Made by a program: the position numbers and the translations under genes | Assembly (NCBI GenBank): GCA_023247085.1 | Contig: JAHFHC010000002.1 | Location: 24,395-88,394, forward strand | DNA length: 64,000 nt | Origin: Candidatus Micrarchaeota archaeon | Lineage (GTDB): Archaea > Micrarchaeota > Micrarchaeia > Norongarragalinales > UBA8480 | Reading direction: 5' to 3' | Notes under the pieces: model-generated | Told to the model about the DNA's origin: nothing | The model's database searches: none | What the model saw: only the letters and a program-made list of their open reading frames with translations | Shown: positions 58,673 through 64,000 of the stretch, in pieces | How the letters are laid out: each line of letters begins with the position of its first letter | Position numbering within the stretch: position 1 is the first letter of the stretch

Positions 58673-59019
58673 GCGATAATCGCGTTAAACACGTTGCTTT
58701 TGTAGATGAAAAACTTCTCGCTACGTTTTCTGAACTTAAAAGTGGAAAATTTGAAGAAAAGCAACTAGTTTCTTACATTGAACGAGCTATTGATGATTTG
58801 AAGGAAAATCCACTAGTTGGCATAGTTGTTCCAATGAAACTTTGTCCTAGAGAATACATCGCTAAATTTAATGTGAATAACTTGCGAAAATATGATTTAC
58901 CAAATGGCTGGCGACTCGTTTATACTTTGAAAGGAAATCAAGTGGAAATTATTTCAGTTATACTTGAATGGTTTAGCCATAAAGAATACGAAAAACGTTT
59001 TGGTTACAGAGTAAGTTAA
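58669..59019 (+). CDS. RelE/YoeB-family toxin-like protein
   Basis: 116 aa. The C-terminal GWRLVYTLKGNQVEIISVILEWFSHKEY matches the RelE/YoeB pattern (hRLVY.V.D..V.I....YHY). Confidence 0.4.
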   Translation: MSDNRVKHVAFVDEKLLATFSELKSGKFEEKQLVSYIERAIDDLKENPLVGIVVPMKLCPREYIAKFNVNNLRKYDLPNGWRLVYTLKGNQVEIISVILEWFSHKEYEKRFGYRVS

Positions 59020-59044
59020 CTTGAATTCCACTCAGTTAATGCGT

Positions 59045-59566
59045 TTACCAAGGCACTTTTTTTAGTTTCGTTGCATGGGCAATGCGGTTAAACAAAATGT
59101 GCAAAAAGAACGTGGCGACAACCACTAATAGGATATCTGTAAACACTAAGTTTACTTTAGTGTTGTAAACTGGATATGCGACAATAAGTGCGATTATTAC
59201 GAATAGTATTTTATCCATAATTGTAGATTCTTGCCCGCTTTTCATTTTTCTTCTTCTTTTTACAAAGCTTCCAATTAAATCTCCAAGCATTGCGCCTAGT
59301 GACAATAGAAATGCCGTTAATATTTTTTCATTAAGCGAGAGTTGCATGAACAATTGTGGGAAAATGGTTATGATTGCTATGCCGGTTATTGTTCCACTTG
59401 TGACGCCAAATAAGAAGCCTATAATTGTTTTGTTTTCTCCAAATATACGTTGTTTATCTTGAAGCTCTTTGCCTAAGTCAATTGGGGTTCTGCCGTTGAA
59501 TATCACTGGCGTGGCATTTGCTACGTAGGCGGGTAAAATGAACAGTAGTAAATCAATTATTTCCAT
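59045..59566 (-). CDS. carS: CDP-archaeol synthase (CarS, DUF46)
   Basis: 173 aa, about 5 TM. N-terminal LPAYVANATPVIFNGRTPIDLGK resembles the CarS signature. Confidence 0.5.
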   Translation of the reverse strand: MEIIDLLLFILPAYVANATPVIFNGRTPIDLGKELQDKQRIFGENKTIIGFLFGVTSGTITGIAIITIFPQLFMQLSLNEKILTAFLLSLGAMLGDLIGSFVKRRRKMKSGQESTIMDKILFVIIALIVAYPVYNTKVNLVFTDILLVVVATFFLHILFNRIAHATKLKKVPW

Positions 59567-59628
59567 GCTAGGTTTAATATTGTGTCACGTTTTATTAAAA
59601 TCTACTTTTTCGGGAGGTTATGCGATAA

Positions 59629-59789
59629 TGACTACAATTAGTGATGAGATTATAAAAAACTGCAGGGAGTGCTTTTTCCAGCAAGGTTATGGGGTTAAAC
59701 TCATTGACCAAAAAGGAAATATACTAGTTTGTCCGCTTGATTCTAGCCATCGATATGCTATTGACGGTGGTTTGCTTAAAAGAGCTTAA
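59629..59789 (+). CDS. Small Cys/His-containing protein (hypothetical)
   Basis: About 53 aa taken from the internal Met of the listed ORF: MTTISDEIIKNCRECFFQQGYGVKLIDQKGNILVCPLDSSHRY (CxxC...C...H). Confidence 0.25.
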
Positions 59790-59883
59790 TTTGCGTTTTT
59801 ACGCTTTGTTTTTTTAATGCTTTGATTTTTTTTAGTTTTGTTTTCGTTTGTTTGAGTTTTTTGTTTTAGTTTAATGCAAGTTT

Positions 59884-60480
59884 ATGTTGAGTGTAAAAAA
59901 TATGGATTTATTATCATTTGGAAAAAAATCAATTGAGCAAATAATGAAAGATGGGGCAAAAAATGAAGCCCAGCTCAAGCAACTTATAAGCGAGGCTTGC
60001 CAGCGTGGTGCAATGCATGCGAAGTTATTCGTAGATGCCCATGGGCCGGATAAAACGGCAACTGAAGATGTTTTAGTTGACCTCATTAGCCAAGTAACTA
60101 AAGAAAAAGGGGTTCTATACTGTAAAGGCGAAATTGAAAGTTCAATAGAGGCAAATGAACTATACACGGCGTTTTCTGAGATTGAAATAGTGACTGTTAA
60201 TTTCAATACTTTAGTTAACCTTGCGCTACGCTATGCTCCTGCGGGTGTTGAGATATTGGAGCCAGATAAGCTTTCTTTAAGCATGAAGGAGTGTCAGGAT
60301 ATATTGCTTGACGCTAGCCAAAGTTCACAAATGTATTCTAAGTTTATTCTAGAGAATTCAATGAATGAAGCGCAAAAAGTTGACTTCGCTGAAAGGATAA
60401 AACGCAAAGCAGAATATGGCGCAAAATTACGCGGCTCAAAGCAAATAGCAGAAGATGGTTCTCGCACTAAAAATCAATAA
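59884..60480 (+). CDS. hypothetical protein
   Basis: 198-aa ORF; no motifs. Confidence 0.35.
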   Translation: MLSVKNMDLLSFGKKSIEQIMKDGAKNEAQLKQLISEACQRGAMHAKLFVDAHGPDKTATEDVLVDLISQVTKEKGVLYCKGEIESSIEANELYTAFSEIEIVTVNFNTLVNLALRYAPAGVEILEPDKLSLSMKECQDILLDASQSSQMYSKFILENSMNEAQKVDFAERIKRKAEYGAKLRGSKQIAEDGSRTKNQ

Positions 60481-60534
60481 CTTATTTGTTCTTTTCTATT
60501 TTTTCTATTCTTTTGCTAAATGGCTTTTGTACTA

Positions 60535-60858
60535 TTAGCATAGTGGCAAGTGTAAATTCCACAAGCGTTTAAACGACTGGCCGTATAGTTTAGAGTTAGT
60601 GACGAAAACAACGTCTCCTGTTTTAGATAGCCTAAAGTGAGTTACATTTTCGGTTGGTTTAAAGTCGCGCATTTCTTCGATAAGCTTTGCGTATTGTTCG
60701 CGAAGCGAGTTTTTTACTTCTAGACTCTTTTCTCGCCTGCTCAATAGCTTCTCTTGTTTGCTTAACCTATGCTGTTCGTGAATGCCTTTGATAATTGCTT
60801 GAACCCTACACGGCAATTCATCATAACGCATTCGACTATTAGCTGGCGTTTCGACCAT
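60535..60858 (-). CDS. hypothetical protein
   Basis: 107-aa ORF, basic/coiled-coil-like; no motifs. Confidence 0.3.
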   Translation of the reverse strand: MVETPANSRMRYDELPCRVQAIIKGIHEQHRLSKQEKLLSRREKSLEVKNSLREQYAKLIEEMRDFKPTENVTHFRLSKTGDVVFVTNSKLYGQSFKRLWNLHLPLC

Positions 60859-61036
60859 TATAGTGCCCCCTGTGCTTTATAAGAATTTTCTGATTAATAA
60901 AGTAAAATGGCTATGTTTTAGTTAAAATAGAGAAAAAAAAGATTTTTTTTATCGCATTGTACTGCTTATTTGGCTTTTGAACAAATGTTTTGTTTTTGCA
61001 GTAAAGTGCCTTTAGCTGATGTTAGGCGTGCAAAAA

Positions 61037-62698
61037 TCATTTCTTGTACATTTCTTCAACTATTGCGCCAAAAGCGGGCCTTGTTATGAGAATGCCCACT
61101 AGTATTCCGATTATTGTAGCTAGTGCGAATCCGCTTATTTCCACTATTCCGGACAATAATAGCGGCATCATTGCAACTATTGCGACTCCGGCTGTTGTGA
61201 ATATAATACTAAATGCTTTGCCTATTTTTTCGCGTAACCCGTATTCGGTTTCCTCTTCATCTTGTTTTTTCTTTGCAAGTACCTCGTCAGTGATTATCAG
61301 CTGGTCATCTACTCCTGTTCCGATAAGGGAAATGATTCCAGCCATTGCAGCTAAGTCTAAATTGCCAATTCTGCCAAGCACTGCTGTTAAAATCAGGATT
61401 TCAATTGAGTTTATCAACACAATCGGTATGCTTAGTTTGTAATCTTTATAGCGTAAAATAATGAGTAACGCAACAATTGCTATTGCTAATAAAGTTGCAA
61501 TTGCGCTGTACGTTAGGAATTGCCTGCCTAGGGCGGGTTCAATTGCAAATGAGCTGCCTACAAGCGCGCTTACTGGTAGCTTGCCTCCGCTGATAACACT
61601 TTTCAATTGCTTTATTTGTGTTAAAGCATAAGATTCTTGTTCTTTACTAGTTGCGCCAAGCGCTGTTCCTGTAATTGAATAAAATTGTGAAATGCTTCCA
61701 CTTGCTAGCCCTTCTGATAATTGCGGGGCTGAAAGTAAGCCAATAGCGCGCCATTCGCTTATCTCGCCACGTATTGTTAACGGAACGATATCAGCGTCTG
61801 TTTTAACAATTACTTTCTTAGTAGTGCTCGAATTAATTGTGTCAGTTGCCCCATTTGCACCTGCGGCGGCTTCAAATCCCGCGGTTTGTAATGTGGATTG
61901 TATTTTTGAAAGTGTGGATTGACTTACAATAACTGTTGTCTTATTACGTAACACTGCAGAAACCGCTGCTGTGTTGTTGCTAGTGGCGCTTGTGAGTTCA
62001 TCGACAAAAATAAGCGCGATATCATTGCCTTCTTTTTTCAAAGCATCTGTTGCTTGCTTTTGGCTAAGTGCGTTGAGTTCACTTCTTTGTAAAATAATCG
62101 CTGCATTTTCTGGTCGGTCTAGAAACATGTATACTGGGTAACGTGCTTTTCCGCGGCCAGCTTCTGAAAATGCCTCAGCCCCCTGTCGAGTAACTGAAAA
62201 ACTAAGTGACCAGCTTGGCGTACCCAGGCTTGCAGGTGTCCCTTCTCCATTTGGCCCACCAACAGCCACTACGCTTTCTCCACTAACCGCTTGTTTGCCA
62301 TCGATAATCCCCTCGAACCGGCCTTGTTCTTGCAAGATTTTCTTTACATTAGCAATTGCAGATTCATCCGCATTTGGCACTTCTACAAGCACTTCTTTTG
62401 ACCCAACTGGCCGTACAATTGCTTGTGACAAGCCATAACTATTAATGCGGGTTTTAAGCGTCTCTACAATTGAATCCATCGTATTAGCGTCGACATTTTT
62501 CTCCAATGAGACTGGAATGCGTACTCCTCCTATGAATTCAATGCCGAGTTTCGCGTCAAAAGTATACGGGTTAGCGTCAGCAAGAAATAGCGCAAAAAAT
62601 GACAATAGCACAGCTAAAATGAGTATTTGAATTTTGTAATTTTCAAGCAACTTTCTATAATTCATTTTGAATTCAATCTTCCTTTTATTTTTTGTCAT
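61037..62698 (-). CDS. secD: Protein-export membrane protein SecD
   Basis: 553 aa. N-terminal TM, large periplasmic-like domain, C-terminal 5-6 TM bundle with GVDDQLIITDEV-type motifs. Immediately downstream of secF. Confidence 0.7.
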   Translation of the reverse strand: MTKNKRKIEFKMNYRKLLENYKIQILILAVLLSFFALFLADANPYTFDAKLGIEFIGGVRIPVSLEKNVDANTMDSIVETLKTRINSYGLSQAIVRPVGSKEVLVEVPNADESAIANVKKILQEQGRFEGIIDGKQAVSGESVVAVGGPNGEGTPASLGTPSWSLSFSVTRQGAEAFSEAGRGKARYPVYMFLDRPENAAIILQRSELNALSQKQATDALKKEGNDIALIFVDELTSATSNNTAAVSAVLRNKTTVIVSQSTLSKIQSTLQTAGFEAAAGANGATDTINSSTTKKVIVKTDADIVPLTIRGEISEWRAIGLLSAPQLSEGLASGSISQFYSITGTALGATSKEQESYALTQIKQLKSVISGGKLPVSALVGSSFAIEPALGRQFLTYSAIATLLAIAIVALLIILRYKDYKLSIPIVLINSIEILILTAVLGRIGNLDLAAMAGIISLIGTGVDDQLIITDEVLAKKKQDEEETEYGLREKIGKAFSIIFTTAGVAIVAMMPLLLSGIVEISGFALATIIGILVGILITRPAFGAIVEEMYKK

Positions 62699-62718
62699 TT
62701 ATCTTTACTTTTCTTCAC

Positions 62719-63837
62719 TTATGTCATTTGTTTGGATTTCTTCTCAGCGTGATTCAATATCAACACTGCGTTTAAACACCACGTTGCAACAAAGTCAACA
62801 CAACTTCCAATAACCGCAACTATGCCTAATTCAAAGTAAACTGGAATTTGTAAATATAGTCCAGCAAGTGCAAGCACTGTAAATGCGCCTATTGAAGTTA
62901 AGTTCATCAACGCTCCAGTTTTAAATGCGCCAAATGCCCGCTTTGCTGGGGTATCTTCCTTGCGTTTTAACACGCGCATAGTTAACATGACGTCAGTGTC
63001 AAGGGAAAACCCAATTAACATCAATAACCCTGCAATTGACGCTAGAGAAAGCGGAATACCAAATAAACTCATTATGCCAATTGTGATCACGATGTCGTTC
63101 ACTGCCCCGCTTATAACCGCTAAACTTGGAATAAGTGACCTAAACACTATGAAAACAACTATTGCTGACAGTAAAAATGAAAATAATAGAATCTCTTGTG
63201 ACTTAACTAAGAAAAATTTGCTTAATGCTGGCCCAACTTCCCTAAACGAATAGCTCTTAATTGATATTTTACTTGAAATAGCAGAAATTATCGCTTTTCT
63301 ATAATCATCTTGACTAGCTCCAAATTTCTCAACAGCTAACTTAACTGCTACGTGGCCTTCGTTTCCAGCATATTCACTTTCAAGCGCCTTCAGTATATCC
63401 CGGCTAATTGAAACTACTTCTGCGTTCAATTCAGCTTGCTTCTCTAAATATGCCTTCACTTCGCCTGTATTTGTCGCTGTAGTTGCATTAACTTCTAATT
63501 CGCGCAATTGAGTGTCTTTAATTTGTAATGCCTTTACTTTTTCTTCCAAGCCAACGAGTTTTTCATTTGACTCAACTTCAATTTCAACCCCTGTTCCGCC
63601 TGGACTGGCAAAAGTGCGAATACTAGAAATTCGTGCAACTTTCTCAACAGCCGACTTTAGCTCAGCAATATCGACATGGTCATTTGTCTGTACACTGAGC
63701 AACACGCCTCCGCGTAAGTCAACTCCCTGCGGAATCCCTCTTACAAAAATAATTGCAAGTGCAGCTAAAAACAATACAATTGGTATAACCGCAAGCCGCT
63801 TGTAGTTCTTCGACTCATACACATTTGGTAAATCCAT
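62719..63837 (-). CDS. secF: Protein-export membrane protein SecF
   Basis: 372 aa. N-terminal TM, extracytoplasmic domain, C-terminal TM bundle (LIGFSLDTDVMLTMRV). Archaeal secF-secD gene order. Confidence 0.7.
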   Translation of the reverse strand: MDLPNVYESKNYKRLAVIPIVLFLAALAIIFVRGIPQGVDLRGGVLLSVQTNDHVDIAELKSAVEKVARISSIRTFASPGGTGVEIEVESNEKLVGLEEKVKALQIKDTQLRELEVNATTATNTGEVKAYLEKQAELNAEVVSISRDILKALESEYAGNEGHVAVKLAVEKFGASQDDYRKAIISAISSKISIKSYSFREVGPALSKFFLVKSQEILLFSFLLSAIVVFIVFRSLIPSLAVISGAVNDIVITIGIMSLFGIPLSLASIAGLLMLIGFSLDTDVMLTMRVLKRKEDTPAKRAFGAFKTGALMNLTSIGAFTVLALAGLYLQIPVYFELGIVAVIGSCVDFVATWCLNAVLILNHAEKKSKQMT

Positions 63838-64000
63838 AAATCTTTAACCGCTAAAACTTTAGAAAAAGCGCTATAATGCTTGTCCACTAAAAATTGAGCA
63901 CGCTATGTATTTTAACCTTTTTGACTTATCCGGACAGAAAGTATAAAACTCGAACTGTTCCAAAAACCATAGCACTGCAGGGATAGCAAAGTTTGGTCAA

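Noticed and set aside
61044-61442. 132-aa plus-strand ORF
   Set aside because: Antisense to secD; shadow ORF.
63930-64000. Possible start of a tRNA-like sequence (..GCACTGCAGGGATAGCAAAGTTTGGTCAA) at the window end
   Set aside because: D-arm pattern is not canonical and the sequence is truncated by the window edge; cannot be evaluated.
1-64000. CRISPR arrays, rRNA genes, integrases or transposases
   Set aside because: Scanned for regularly spaced direct repeats, rRNA-like conserved stretches, and DDE or tyrosine-recombinase ORFs. None seen in this window.

Overview
This window reads as an archaeal chromosomal segment: AT-rich (roughly 40% GC by eye), densely packed, with many 4-nt ATGA start/stop overlaps and TATA boxes about 25 nt upstream of start codons, suggesting leaderless transcripts. 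Frequent TTG starts and a tRNA with two introns would fit a small-genome (DPANN-like) archaeon, but that placement is inference.

Housekeeping content I can support:
- DNA repair: NurA and HerA side by side, Rad50 about 5 kb further on; no Mre11 in the window. A Hel308 helicase lies later.
- Translation and RNA processing: ProRS, PheS/PheT, CCA-adding enzyme, RNase Z, aEF-1beta, and a tRNA-Lys(UUU) carrying two introns.
- Conserved transcription/ribosomal clusters: SecE-Spt5-L11-(HD hydrolase insert)-L1-L10-L12, and Fcf1-like PIN-Rpo7-Spt4-S24e-S27ae-(CPBP protease)-Kae1-Sua5-Bud32, plus a tiny L41e gene.
- Other: LonB, FtsZ, adenylate kinase, AMP phosphorylase, nucleoside hydrolase, several Nudix/HAD/GNAT enzymes, MDH/LDH-family dehydrogenase, CDP-archaeol synthase, SecF/SecD.

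Accessory-looking content:
- Two toxin-antitoxin pairs (VapBC; a RelE/YoeB-like pair).
- Two copies, in opposite orientation, of a roughly 210-230 nt palindromic element with GGGGCTA/TAGCCCC termini.
- A tandem pair of paralogous single-pass membrane proteins with a near-identical 5' DNA tract, plus a more distant third member of the same N-terminal family.
- An accessory-looking block at 46.4-54.2 kb: GNAT-like acyltransferases including a truncated duplicate, two M20 peptidases, a DUF1611/BioD-like P-loop protein and a 543-aa protein with no recognisable motifs. I consider this block the best candidate for an undescribed pathway.

Several genes under 60 aa missed by the ORF track are recovered (SecE, S27ae, L41e, a zinc-ribbon protein), and a Nudix paralog appears frameshifted at a homopolymer.
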